A stretch of DNA of 64,000 nucleotides, taken from the NCBI GenBank assembly GCA_963693365.1, contig CAVNZM010000003.1:7807312-7871311 (forward strand). The letters run 5' to 3'. The DNA comes from Amoebidium appalachense (taxonomy: Eukaryota > Protista > Ichthyosporea). This document shows positions 49,246 through 64,000 of the stretch, piece by piece. The number at the start of each line of letters is the position of its first letter. Position 1 is the stretch's first letter. The notes below the pieces were generated by a model. It made no database searches and was not told the DNA's origin. It saw only the letters and a program-made list of their open reading frames with translations. The position numbers and the translations under genes are program-made.

Positions 49246-50963
49246 ATGGCACGTCTAGTCGCCCTCTCCGCCCTCTCCCTTCTGGGGATGTTCGGCAGCA
49301 CGGCCGCCGCTCCTTCCCCCTCTGAAGAAGTCCTGCACGCCGATGGCCTCGTGTTTGCCCTCGCCTCTGTTCTCTCCACCCAGCTCCCCAAAAACGAAAC
49401 AAAAGGCATCGACCGCGAGTTTATCAAGCTGGTAAATAGCGCAAGTGACGCATCTTTTCTCCGTCGTCGCCGTTCTGTTGATGGAAGCATCGACGCAACT
49501 AGCAAGCAGGTAGCCCCTTTGGGTGCGGAGGTCGCCAAGGTTTTGGCTGGCCCAAATGGTGAGAGCATTGTCAACAAACTCACATCCATGGACGAGGGAT
49601 TTGCACGCAGCCAGGAAGTTGCCGAGCAGGAATATGACCGTGCTTCCCTCTGTGCACGCCCTGCTGGCTTCTCGGACGATACCACTGCGTGCATGTGCAA
49701 CACCACAAGGCCTTTCCTTCAGTGCATGGCACTACTGTCGCGTGATATGTCAGCAATCGCTGCGGACCTCACGGCCCCAGCACGCACAACACGCGGTGTG
49801 TTCGATGGGATGACAGACAAGTTTGAGAACTGGTGGAACCAGGGAAAGGAATGGTTGAACTACGCAAAGGAGTTCGCTGAAAATCTGCCTAAGTGCAAGC
49901 CCACCATCGACTGGAAAGAATACAAGGTTTGCTTTAACTGCACCGTGAGCATTGCTACTCCCTATGCCGATGTTTCTTTCGACGCCGGCACGTGTGGTAT
50001 CCCATGGTCCAATGCTAAGGGCCAGGTGTGCTATGCTGGGCTGGGGATTAAGGGTATCTACCACTGCACGTCACCAGTCAACACTTCGGCTGTCACCGAC
50101 CGCATGTACAGGTATGTATACATGTGAAACCAATAGCGTGACTATCACGGGAGGTTTTTCTCTTGCATTTCTGTCTTGCCATCCCCATGCTTGCTTTGTT
50201 GTATTTCTTTTCTTTTCTTTTTTTTTTGCACAACCCCCGCCGTCTTTTTTGTCATGGTGTGTCTCAGTTTGCAAACAGGGCTACTGTGCAAAATAGAGTT
50301 CTTGCGCATGTAAGGGCACTTGCGTCTAGCCTGCAGTCACCATGCTGTTACATCCATTTGATGATCAGGACAAGTATAGAAGATGTCACTACTACTATGG
50401 TGTATTGTCATTATGTATGTATTCTATACCAGGTGTTAATCAGTTTATTCACCCCCAGTGATGTCAAATCTGCCATGGAGCTTGCAACCTTCACCAGCCA
50501 AAACGTCAGCCTGTGTGCCCCCCACAAGCACCCAGACGCAGTCCTTTCCAAGCTGGTCCGCTGGTTCCACCTGCCCACATGCCCCTTTAACCTCACCGAC
50601 ACCACCGTGTATTCCCTGCGTAAGGTGATTAAAGCAAACACCTTTGCACCACTGATCGGTAAGATTGCCACGTGGAGCCTTAAAGGAAGTTACCAGTACG
50701 AGGACCCTGTGGAGCAGGTTTGCAGCAAGTTCCCCTTCAGCTGCAACGACTATTGCCGTTTTAGAAAGGATTATGGTGATATCCGCTTCAAGCTGATCTT
50801 TAAGTCTCTGTACAACGTTATTGATGTTAACGTCTTTAAGCCCAAGAGCAAGGTTATCCCCATGCCCACGCAGTGTGCGGATGCATGCAAGGGCCTTAAG
50901 TGCCCCAAGGAAACACCAAATATGGTAGTTGCCGTAAATGGAACATGCGCCTGCTCCGCTTAA
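49246..50963 (+). CDS. Secreted cysteine-rich preproprotein of unknown family, 456 aa
   Basis: Exons 49246-50111 and 50459-50963 (gtatgt..cag, phase 2). Hydrophobic signal peptide MARLVALSALSLLGMFGSTAAA, processing-like sites RRRR|S and RTTR|G, many Cys and several N-x-S/T sequons, no C-terminal transmembrane segment. Confidence 0.85.
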
Positions 50964-51410
50964 ATTGAAATTTAAGGCAGTCAATCAGAATATACTGTTG
51001 GGATATCAAAATTTTAACCGTTTAAACGAATGCATGCATGTACCCTGGCGGCTATGCAGCTATAATTAGAACGGATCGGCCAATTGCACTCACTGGTTGA
51101 GGCAAAATTTCGGCTGAAGAATTATTGTTTTGGAGGTTTGGAATTGCATCCCCCCCCCCCCCCCCCCCCCTCCCCCCTCCCCCCCCCTCTCCCCCCCCCC
51201 TCCCCTCCCCACCTCTCCTCAGTTCAACCTCCTCTTCACCTTCCTTGCCCGAAAGCCAAAGTATGTATTGTGCATTTTTAAAGGGTAGTGTGTGTGTGTG
51301 TGTTGCTTGGCCACCCTCTGTGCTCGGAACTTTGCCCTTGTTTCTCCTTTATTAACCTCTAATGCATGCATTACCCTCTCTCACCCCTCCCCCCCCGCAC
51401 CCCCCCTCCC

Positions 51411-51464
<54 letters not shown>

Positions 51465-51630
51465 CCCCAAGACTACCACCACCACCACCATCATAACCTC
51501 CTCCTCACCTCATTTCCTCCCCTCCCCTCTTCTGCACCTCACACACTCTCTCTCCCCGCGCGCACACACGCGCGCGCACACACACACTCTCTCTCTCCCT
51601 CTCTTCCTTTCTCCCTCTCCCTCCCTCCCT

Positions 51631-51732
<102 letters not shown>

Positions 51733-51888
51733 GTGTGTGTCTCTCTCTCTCTCTCTCCTCCACCTCCTCCCTCTATCTCTCCGACTCTCTTTCTCTTTTT
51801 CTCTCTCTCCCTCCCTCACTCCCATTCTCCCCCTCCTTCTCTCCAGGTCGCTCTCTCTGTCCCGGTCTCCCTACCCTCTCTCTCTCTC

Positions 51889-51928
<40 letters not shown>

Positions 51929-52451
51929 CCCCCCTCTCTCTCCACCACCCTCAACCCCTTCCCTTTCTCACACACAAAAATTCAAGCCTTCTTCATTTCC
52001 ACTCCTTCCAGCCGTAACCCACACTGCGTTCTGATCGAACTACTCTCCCTTCGTCTATCTATCCTCCATTCCGAAGTTTATTGCAAATTCCACGCTGCAA
52101 TGAGGGTTCCAAACAATTCAAAACTAGAATACCCAGGGGGGGGGGGGGGGGGGGGGGGATAGCGCGTGACCAAGTACGCGCGTGACACGGACATGTACAC
52201 ACGTCATACATACAACCATGCGTGTAAGCACACTTTACACAAGAACACACATGGAAAACGAAACCCACACACCAAGCCAATCACACACCTAGTTACACAC
52301 CCCCCCCCCTCCTCCCCCCTCTCCCCCCCTTCCCCTCTCCCTCCTCCGGACACACAGAAACACACAAACAAACAAAAAAACGTGTGTGCACGCATACGTT
52401 GTACATATGGAGAACCACACACACACACACACATCATGTGGCACACACGCG

Positions 52452-52592
<141 letters not shown>

Positions 52593-53325
52593 ACGCGCGT
52601 GCGCGCCTGCGCATGTTCGCATGTGACCACTGGCCAACACAAAACTTACCTACACACGGCACAAGGAGAATTCCGCCCTCGCGCACCAGCGTAAGCCCAC
52701 ATGTCTTCCCACACACACAATCGAACACAAAACATCACCTTTGATACTATTACACCACATGCATTGCACCCCGATTTTTGGAATGCATATTTGGCTCGAT
52801 GTTAGGTATAATTTGTGGTTGTAACTTCTAATGTTGGATAGCTTTTTTAAAATATGTACATGATCGTGATGTGTTATTTGGAGGGTTGCCAAACCTAATA
52901 TAACTATGACGATGGACTGTACATAACTTTGTAAAAGAACAATCGAATAGACAGTACATTTTCTTCGTAATCTATATTTCATAGAGGGTAATGGAATTTA
53001 ATATCACACACCACGGATTTACAAGCTGATAGTCTGCCTATCTGTTTCCTTATTATACCATCACAAAAAAATCTACTGGGGAATAAACTTCACATAATTT
53101 CAATGTTATCACTATCTTCACTATCTTACACTAATTTGCACGGGTGTAATCTGCCCGTGAACTTCATATTTTCACTTTTGCATGCTACGTTACACGTTAC
53201 ACGGTTTAAGGCTTTCCGTGCATTTCATATAATTACTATCAGATGCTAATTTACACAGTGATACTCGAATCATCATAAATACACCAGAGACCACCAATGT
53301 CCTATCGTAATCGCACTCATATCAT

Positions 53326-53761
53326 TCAGATCACGTTAATCGTAACCTGCTTGATCACCGGGGGTAATCCCAAAGCAGCAATAGTCATCACCGCACTATA
53401 TTCTCCGGGTGTCTCCGGGGCTGAAATCTGCTTTCGGAAATTGATGGTTTCACCGGATTTAACCACAGGGAAAACGATTTCCTCTCCATCAAAATCTAGA
53501 CCAACACCGTAAAGGTTAACTCGCACATTGCGAAGTGTCGTGGGGAGAGGGTTGGTAAAGGAGACGGTGATTGGATGAACCGTGTTTGATCTGTGGAGGC
53601 ATTAAGAAGGGGGAGGAGAAGGAGGGGCGAGGGGATGACCGGGGGGAGGGGGGGGGGGGGGGGGGGGGGGGGGTTTCGGGGTGGGTGGGTTTGTGCAATG
53701 CAAGTGGTGGGTAGGGTGGGGTTGGGGGGGAGGTGGGGTCGGGTGGGTTTTTGAGGGGTTG

Positions 53762-53793
<32 letters not shown>

Positions 53794-54765
53794 AGGGGGG
53801 GGGGGGGGTGGAAGGGGGGGGGGGGGGGGGGGGGGGGGGGATAGGGTTAGAAGGTCAAATCGTGACGTGAGGTCAGGGGTTGAGGTGGTTTTGAATTGAA
53901 TGAATTGAATGAATTGAATGAATTGAATGAATTGAATGAATTGAATGAATTGAATGAATTGAATGAATTGAATGAATTGAATGAATTGAATGAATTGAAT
54001 GAATTGGCAAAGAATAAAGTGGATGTTGAGGGGGAGGGGGGGGGAGGTGGGGGGAGGGGGGGAGGGGGCATTGGTTTGAGTACATTGGGGAATTAAAAGA
54101 ATATATAGGAGAGAACTGGAAAACGAGATACCGCGTGATTAGCCTATGATGTAGCGAAAGCAAAATGAGATACTTTTGTCCGGGTTTCTTTGGAGTTTTG
54201 ATTTTGGGGCGTGGGTGTATCTCGAGGTGGCAATATGAGGGCATTATTTTTAACACTGTGAAACTTCATTCGTGTGTGTGTGTGTTTGGTTCTCTTAAGG
54301 GCACGTGAAAAGGTGTCTGTTTTCATCAAACCAATGTCAATCAGATGGGTGGAGGGTGTGGAGAGGGGCCTGGGGGGGGGGGGGGGGGGAGGGGGGGGGG
54401 GGCTTATGCATAATAACAGGGTACATGGTGACCCCTGGACTCGTGGGTTAGGGTGGGAGGTGGGGGCTGGCAGTGGTGGCGGGTGTACATAAAGGGGGGG
54501 GGGGGGGGGGGGGGGGGGGGGTAATTACCCAAATTCGGATGCACGAATAAATTCAGGGGCAGTGAAGTCTGCATCTGGGGCCACAATTCCAACTTTGGCC
54601 TTTGAGAGGACAATGGTGTCGGTCTCGTGGGTGGTGGCTAGGACACGGAGCTCGACATGTTGGTGTTGCAGATCGCTGATTTTGTAGATTTAAGTTATAT
54701 AAAAAGTTTTTTTTCCCGGTTTTTTAGTTCGTTTGCAGTGCGCGCGCGCGTGCGTGTGTGTGTGT

Positions 54766-54860
<95 letters not shown>

Positions 54861-55672
54861 TGTGTGTGGGTGGTGGTTGGGGGGGGGGGAGGGGGAGGGG
54901 TGGGAGGGAGGATGGGTGAAAGGGGGGGAGGGGGGGGGGGGGAGGGAGGGAGGGTTACACGGAGGGTGGTGATGGCGGTATGGACGGGAGGTGGGTGTTT
55001 GTGCTTTGTTTTTTTTTTTTTTCCCTCTGGGGCGGGGAGTGGAGAGGGGAGGGAAGGGGTGGGGTGGGGGGTGGGAGGGGTAATCAAAGTGCCAATTAGC
55101 GCTTTTCCAACGGCTTGTCCAAAAAAAACCAAGCAAACGGGTGCTATACACACCTAAAAAAGGCTCTGTCACCTCCCCCCACCTCCCCCCCCTCCACGCC
55201 CCCAACATATGCACCCCCAGACAACTAGTTATTAGTTCACTTCTTTGCCCCCCCCCCCTGCCCCCCTCCCCTCCTCCCCCTCCCCACCTTCCCCCGCCCC
55301 CCTTCCTCTCGCCCCGCACCCTTATCCTCCCCCCTCCCCTTCCCCCCCCGCCCCCCGGACCCCAATCCACCCATCACCCAACCACCCACCCTAACACCTC
55401 CGCAATCCCTTCCATGCATGACCCAACAGCTTTGAACAGTAGCCGGGACTTTGCTTCTTTTTTTGCGGGGGGTGGGGGGGGGGAGGGGGGGAGGGGAGGA
55501 AGGGGGGGGGGGGGGGGGGGGGGGGGGGGGAAAGATGCCAAGAAGAATGAGAAATGATGTTACGTAACAGGTCGATGTCATGGATACATGTTGGAGGAGC
55601 CGAGAGGTGGGGGTGGGGAGAGGGGAGGGTGGGGGAGGGGGGAGGGAGGCAGAGAACGAGAGAAAGTCTTGG

Positions 55673-55738
<66 letters not shown>

Positions 55739-55743
55739 CTATG

Positions 55744-55811
<68 letters not shown>

Positions 55812-56330
55812 TGTGCGTGTGTGTGTGTGTGTGCGCGCGCGCACGTGCGCGCGCGCGCGCATGTGTGTGTGTGTTTAGGGGGGGAAGGAGGGGAGGGAGG
55901 GGGGGGTAGGCACCTCTTGAGATAGGCCTCAGGTGGAATGGAGACGGCAATGTCCACCTGGCCGTGATTGGTTGGCCCAAGAACCAATCGGGTGGCCTGA
56001 CGATGGATTTCATCCAATAGGACGCCATTGTAGCGACCCAACTGGCCAATCAAATGCAGGCTCACCCTAGACTCACCCATAGCAGGGGCTCTTACGGTAA
56101 TCAATGCATCGATGGGCTGGCCGGCTTCGACGCAGGGACGTTTTGTGCGAATTTCAACGGTGACTGTAGGGGGACTGGACAGGTGCACTGACCGACGGAA
56201 CACTCCCTTGGGCCTGTGTGTGTGGAAAGGAAGTTGTGTGCGCGCGCGTGCGTGCAAGTGTATGTTTGGGGCGATGGAGGAGGGGGGTTGAGTGTGTGTT
56301 GGGAGGGAAGGGGGATGGTTGAATGTTCGT

Positions 56331-56390
<60 letters not shown>

Positions 56391-57119
56391 GAGTGTGAAC
56401 ACATAGGTGTAGTCTTAGAAAGGGCTAGAAAGCTGACAAGAGGAGACCAAGGCAACCTCCACCCTACTGAAAGTGTCAAGAGTTTAGAAGTGTTTAGGAG
56501 TGCAAGGGAGAAAAGCTTATAATCAGCAGAGTTCCTGGGAGTATGAAAAGCTGGGGTGGGGGCAGGGGGGGGGGGGGGGGAGTGAGGGGGGGAGGAGAGA
56601 AAGGCATGTAATGTGGGATGGTGTCACTGTGTTGTTATAAGCAGTTACTAAACTAACGTTCTTTATTAGCAAAGCAAGGAGGGATATAATTTCCCCGCCA
56701 GAAGGTGGACAGGGGGGAAGGGGAGGCGGGGAGGCGGCGGCCGGGTAGGAGGTGGAAGAGGAAGTTTTGGGGAGGGGGTTTTTAGAGGGGGGTCAATACC
56801 TCATAGCATCAACCGATCTATTCACATAGTTGAGTGTAATATCTTCCTCCCTATTGGCTCCAATGCTCTTGGTCACGATTAAAGGAACTCCGTTTCTCTC
56901 CTCGTGTACAGTGCGGTTGACGTGGCAGTGGGCGGTGAAATTTGCGTAAATGTCACGGATGGATTTGGTGTCGCAGTCTACAATCATATCTTGAACGGTG
57001 GCGCGAACCTGTTTGTGTGTGTGTGTTTGTTGTGGGGGGAGGGGGGGAGGGGGGGGGAGGGGGGGTGGGAGGGGAGGGGGGGAGGCGGGGGCGGGAGAAT
57101 GGGGTGGTGTGTGTGTGTC

Positions 57120-57200
<81 letters not shown>

Positions 57201-57202
57201 GC

Positions 57203-57242
<40 letters not shown>

Positions 57243-57324
57243 GCGTGTGCGTGTGCGTGTGCGTGTGCGTGTGCGTGTGTACATGTGTGTGTTTGCGCGC
57301 ATGTATGTTCTCGCGTAAGTGCGT

Positions 57325-57371
<47 letters not shown>

Positions 57372-59161
57372 GGGGGAGGGGGGGAGGGGGGGAGAGGGGG
57401 AGGGGAGGCGCACGGGGAGGGGGATGGGGGGGGGTTAGGAGAGGGTTATAGATGGGTTTGGAAGTTAACAGGATTACAAAGAGAGAGAGAATAATGGTGG
57501 GACGGGAAAACATCTGGATCGGGTGGGAGGGGAGGTGCAGTCCAGGTGCGGTGCGATTGTGTTGGAAGGGCAGGAGGAGGGGGGGGGAGGAAGGCAGTGA
57601 GGGGGTGGAAGAAAGGAAAGAGAGAGCGGGAAGGAGAGGGCAGAACAATTGAAAGCTTGGATTAGAATTCCGTTCTTGAAACCTCTGACCCCCCCCCGTC
57701 CACCCCGCTTTCTCCCCCCCCGGGCCTCCCCCCCCCCTTCCCCGCGTACACACACACACACAAATACACACAACCACACCAATTCTCACCCGCGCTTCTA
57801 ACAGCCGACCCATCTACCCACCCAACTTGTTAGCCCACATCCCACCTACCCTTCCCCCCATCCCCCCCCCCCCCCTCCCCCCCCCCCCCCCCCAAACACC
57901 CCTTTCCCCAATTCCCCTCCCCCCCGCCCTCCTCCCCCCCCCCCCCCCCCTCACACACACCCACCTCACTTATGACGTCACTGGTATCATAGTGCAGTCC
58001 ATCTCTCAGCTCTCTCACCGCCCTCACACTGGCTGGGCCCAGACCGGGGGACACCCCGTCCAATGCCTGCCAGCCCCCAAGCCCATCCTCCTCCCTGATT
58101 GGGTGATGTGAGCCAATCAAATCAAACGATTCACCTTCACAAGCACAGTCTATTGTAGCTGGGTTACGTTTATTTACGTTGACGTTAATACGTCTAGAGT
58201 ATGCACTTGCAAATACTAAGGCAGACGGAGAAAATGGGAAACAAAGGGAGGAGGGAGGGGATGATGGTCGGGCACACAGGGATGAACACTTCGAACTCAA
58301 TAACCACGAAACAAAAAACGTTGTCAATGCGTGGTGTCTGAAAACTGGGGGGCGGGGGAGGGGGGAAGGATAGAGGGGGAAGTGGGGAGAGGTCAGGAAA
58401 CGACCCCTTGGTGGAGCAAGAAAACTTCAAGGATGAAAGGGGGTGGGGTGGGGGGAGGGGGGGGGGGGGGAGGCGACGGAGGCAGAGAAATGGTCGAGTG
58501 CGTGTGGTGTGGTGGTGGTGATGGATTGAGGCCGCGGGGAAGAAGGCAGAGAGGGGGAGGAGAGTGGATGGCAGAAGTGATGACCCGGGGGGAGCGGGGT
58601 GGGTGGGCATGGGGGGGGGGGGGGGAGAGAGAGGGGGGGGGGGGGGGAGGGGGGGGAGGGCAGGAACCTGAAAGCCACATGCATATCCACCCACGAGTGG
58701 AAGTTCCAGACCATTCCATTCTGAGATACCACCCTGCCGTCCCTGTCATAGTAGCTCCTAATCACGTGGTGGAGCATGCCGTTCCGGTCCCTCCCCTCAG
58801 ATCTCGACCCGAAAGTTATGACTTGGCGCGCCGGAACACCAATAGAACGCAGAAGGGATGTGGTTAAGGCGGCAAAAACCCAGCACTGGCCGTATTTAAC
58901 GGGGGTGTGGTTCTGTTTCCACCAACGCCTAAATATGGCGTCGCTGGAGACCCACGCGGTGGGTTCGGTGCCGTTGGGGAAATCGACCTCCCAACGACCT
59001 TCGAGGATACCTGTGTGGGGGGGAGGGAAGGGGTGGGGAGGGGGGTGGATAGGGGGAGGGAGGGAAGGGGTAAAGAGAGGGGGGCGGAGAAGGGGGGGAG
59101 GAGAAGCGTAAGTGGGAGGAAGAGAGGGAGAAGGGTGGGGTGGGAGCGAGTGTGTGAGTGT

Positions 59162-59211
<50 letters not shown>

Positions 59212-60680
59212 TGGGGGAGTTGGAGGGGGAAGGAGGGAAGGTGGAGTGATTTAAGTGGCTTGACTAATGGCTGATGGTCGGATGGGAGAGGAAGTGCAAA
59301 AAACGAAAAGGAAGGGAATAGAAGGTGTGTGTCCTGTGTGTATGTGCTTGTAAGGATGGGGACGGAGGGGGGGGGGGGGGGGGGGGATGGAGGAGAGCAA
59401 TGAATGTGCAATTTACGCAGGATGGTGGGAGATGGAGGGTAATGGAGGGCTAAATGAGGTGTCATGTGGCCTTCATTTTACAACACGTTTCCTGAGATGT
59501 TGTATGTTGTGTGCACTCTGTTTTCCTCTGTGAGTCAGTGTTTTTTTCTGGTTGCTCATATGCGTCTGTGTAATCGTGGAAGCCAGAAAAAACAGGAATT
59601 TCAGTGTTCTCTTTGCAACACACAGTACCCCGAGGGTAAAGAGCTTTGTGATGTGTGCAGTATGTGAATGTTTGTTTGTGAGCGTGTTGTGGGAGGGCGG
59701 GGCGGGGTTGGAGGGGGAGGGGGGAGGGCGGGAGGGAGTGAAGAGGGGAGAGGGGGGGGGGGGGGGGGGGGGGGGAGGGGGGGAGGGAAGTTTGGGTGGG
59801 GGGGGGGGGGGGGGAGCAAGGATAGGGGCACAGCCGAGGTGTGTCCTGCTGGGGGATGGGTGGAAGAGGGTACTGGTGTTTGAAGGAGGCTGTGTGTGTG
59901 TGTGTGTTCGTGTGTGTGTGTGGGATACCAGTGGGGGGAGGGGGGGATGAAGGTGGGGACACGGATATGCAGACACATGAAATGAGAGCCAAAGAAGTGC
60001 CGACAAGCAAAGAAATGGTTTGGGGCTGAGAATTCAGGGTGTGGGCAAGTAGAGCGCGAATGTGTGTTGAAAGAAGGTTGAAGCACGGGGGGGGGGGGGG
60101 GGGGGGGGGGAGGGGGAGCGGGGAGGGAAGGGCAGAGAAAGTAGACAGAAGGGGTGGCTGCTTTTTTGTTACGAAAGGGGGGGGGGGGGGGGGGGGGGGA
60201 TACCTACCCTGAGGGAACATGTCATGCAGACCCACTCGGAAAACGAGGTATCGGGCAATTTCAATGGGGTTTTTGGTTATTTCGGCCGATGCATTCTGTA
60301 GCAGCCAAAGCGCCGTCTCGAGTGTCTGTTCGTCAAATTGCGCATAGTACCAAGGTAGGCGACCATATGAATCAACAGAGCCAGGATAAAGCATTCCGTG
60401 TTCATTTTCAACGTATTCTTTAGCTTTTTCGTGAGAAATGTATGTTTGGTCTTTGGGGTGGTATGGGTTAAAGAGGAGGTAGAAGCGGGGCGCGTAAACA
60501 TGTTTGGAATTTTCGGAAGTTTTCCCGTCTTTTTCGATGGCAATTGTGAGGTTGTATTTGCCGGTTGCCGCATCTATGGGTGTGTTTACACGGATGACGT
60601 GCTCGGTGGCAGTGTGGTTTTTCAGTATTTCAGCTGTAAAATTGACATGGTTTTTGCCTCCGTCCGTCACACGGAAAATA
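53326..60680 (-). CDS. Animal-type (TG2/FXIII-like) four-domain transglutaminase; first exon(s) not located
   Basis: Phase-consistent exons 60680-60208, 59010-58668, 58094-57965 (alternative in-frame acceptor near 58193), 57008-56800, 56213-55914, 54675-54529 and 53590-53326. Motifs: [15 protein letters not shown], catalytic triad VKYGQCWVF / VWNFH / GWQALD, IVTKSIG..EDITLNY, C-terminal barrel SFTNPL. Confidence 0.93.
53893..54006. repeat. 9-bp minisatellite (GAATTGAAT)n, ~12 copies
   Basis: Perfect tandem array in the last intron of the transglutaminase gene. Confidence 0.95.
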
Positions 60681-61102
60681 CTTTGGTGGTGGTAGTGGTG
60701 TTGGTGTGTGTGCGGGGGGTTGGGGAGAGGGGGGGGAGGGGGGGGGGGGGAGGGGGGGTGTGGAGGAGGGAGGGGGAGGGGGGGGGGGGGGGAGGGGGAG
60801 GGGGGGGTGTGGAGGAGGAGGGGAAGGGGGGGGGGGGGAAGAGAGGGTCAATTCATTGAGCTAGTGAGTGGGCCATGCACGGGGCTCTCCCAAGAAAGAG
60901 CTATCCTGTGAGCCATAGCCATGTATCCCTGCAATCACAACCACCCCCCTCCCCTCCCTCTCTGGAGCTCAAACAACAACACTTTTCCCTACTGTCACGG
61001 CGTACCCTCCCCCGCCCCGCCTCCCCCTCTCCTCTCTCTCTCTCTCTCTCACTCTCTTCTCCCCCCCCCCCCCCCCCCCCCGCCCCCGCCCCCCCCCCCC
61101 CC

Positions 61103-61141
<39 letters not shown>

Positions 61142-61258
61142 AGAACAAAAGGCACCACACCCCCCCCCCCCTCCCCGTCCCCCCCCCCCCCCCCCCCCCC
61201 CCCTTCCCCCTCCCCCCCCCAGGAAAAATAAATACTATGATAAAAAAAATCACCTCCA

Positions 61259-61289
<31 letters not shown>

Positions 61290-61964
61290 CCACCCCACAC
61301 CAAAACACAAACACACACACACAGACACACACACACACACAAAAAAAAACAACACCCCTTTCCCCCCGAATACAGACACGCAACCACATAGCTCCCTCGG
61401 TTTTACTGCGCCCTGATTCCCAAACTCGGTCACTTAGTTTGGTTTGGAGGTCACGTGACCGAGAGTTTGGGGTGACGGAGATGGGGATAGGGGGAAGGAC
61501 TGAGCTGTTCCGCAATAATCCCAGAACCAATCAGGTTGCAAAAAGCATGGTGTGATCCAATCAGTTGGCATAAACTATAGCGCGGTGCTCCATTACAGCT
61601 TTTGGTCCAATCAAACTCTGAATCGTATTGAGCATGTGCTGGGGCAAGCTGTGCCATCATCAAAATGTGAGCCCCGCGACGGCGAGCGCAGAGTCGTAAT
61701 ATTGCGACTTGAAGTCACGGCAACCTTGACTTCAACCAAGTCAAGCTATGCCGACTTGCATAAATTAAGCTTATTATTATAATTGGTGAGAGGAGCTGGT
61801 GACTTGTCCTGACTTTCAGTTGCGACTTGAGTCTTCAGGTGACTTTTTACTATTGTAGTGATACGCTTACTTTTTCTACCTACATGTGGGCGAGCCCAGG
61901 AAAGAAGAGAAACACACGCACCCACACACACACCCACACACACACCCACCCACACCCACCCACC

Positions 61965-62042
<78 letters not shown>

Positions 62043-62139
62043 TACACACAAACACACACACACGTGCACACACACTAGTAGGGTACGAGCACAGCAGCTT
62101 CGTGAAGCTGTGGCTTGAAGTCACATGTGCACCTCCCTG

Positions 62140-63920
<1,781 letters not shown>

Positions 63921-64000
63921 TCAAATTGATTCGACCGAGTTTGGGCCCACATCGCTGTAGGTGGAACCCACTAGATCGTTTATGTATAACACCACTGCAA

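Noticed and set aside
57965-58193. ~33-aa insertion in the transglutaminase core
   Set aside because: A downstream in-frame acceptor at 58095 gives near-canonical His-Asp spacing, so the insertion is not required.
61400-61850. Hairpin and GACTT-rich block as the transglutaminase first exon or a transposon end
   Set aside because: No TGase N-terminal motif with a phase-2 donor, and no matching second terminus.

Overview
Eukaryotic, intron-rich genomic DNA whose introns and intergenic regions are saturated with poly-C/poly-G, (CA)n, (GA)n and (GCGT)n tracts. Nearly all ORFs in the supplied track are microsatellite artefacts. The lineage cannot be determined; an animal-type transglutaminase hints at a unicellular opisthokont or other protist. 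Splicing the non-repetitive islands by hand gives seven protein genes: (1) an Rrp6/EXOSC10-like DEDDy+HRDC protein with substituted catalytic residues (+, 5' end probably outside the window); (2) a convergent gene fusing a degenerate FCP1/SCP-type HAD phosphatase domain, a Pol II CTD-interacting domain (CID) and a long RE/RD tail; (3) the mitochondrial GGQ rescue factor MTRFR/C12orf65; (4) a 10-exon Zn-dependent alcohol dehydrogenase; (5) MsrB; (6) a secreted Cys-rich preproprotein with two furin/Kex2-type sites; (7) a four-domain transglutaminase. Mobile DNA includes a 5'-truncated LINE-like copy with an A-tail and a ~117-124 bp flanking duplication, two MITEs, and a short repeat family bracketed by G-tracts. 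The strongest unexplained signal is that weak 5' splice sites almost always carry a poly-C run immediately downstream. No tRNA, rRNA or CRISPR array was seen. All homology calls are from motif recognition by eye, not database searches.
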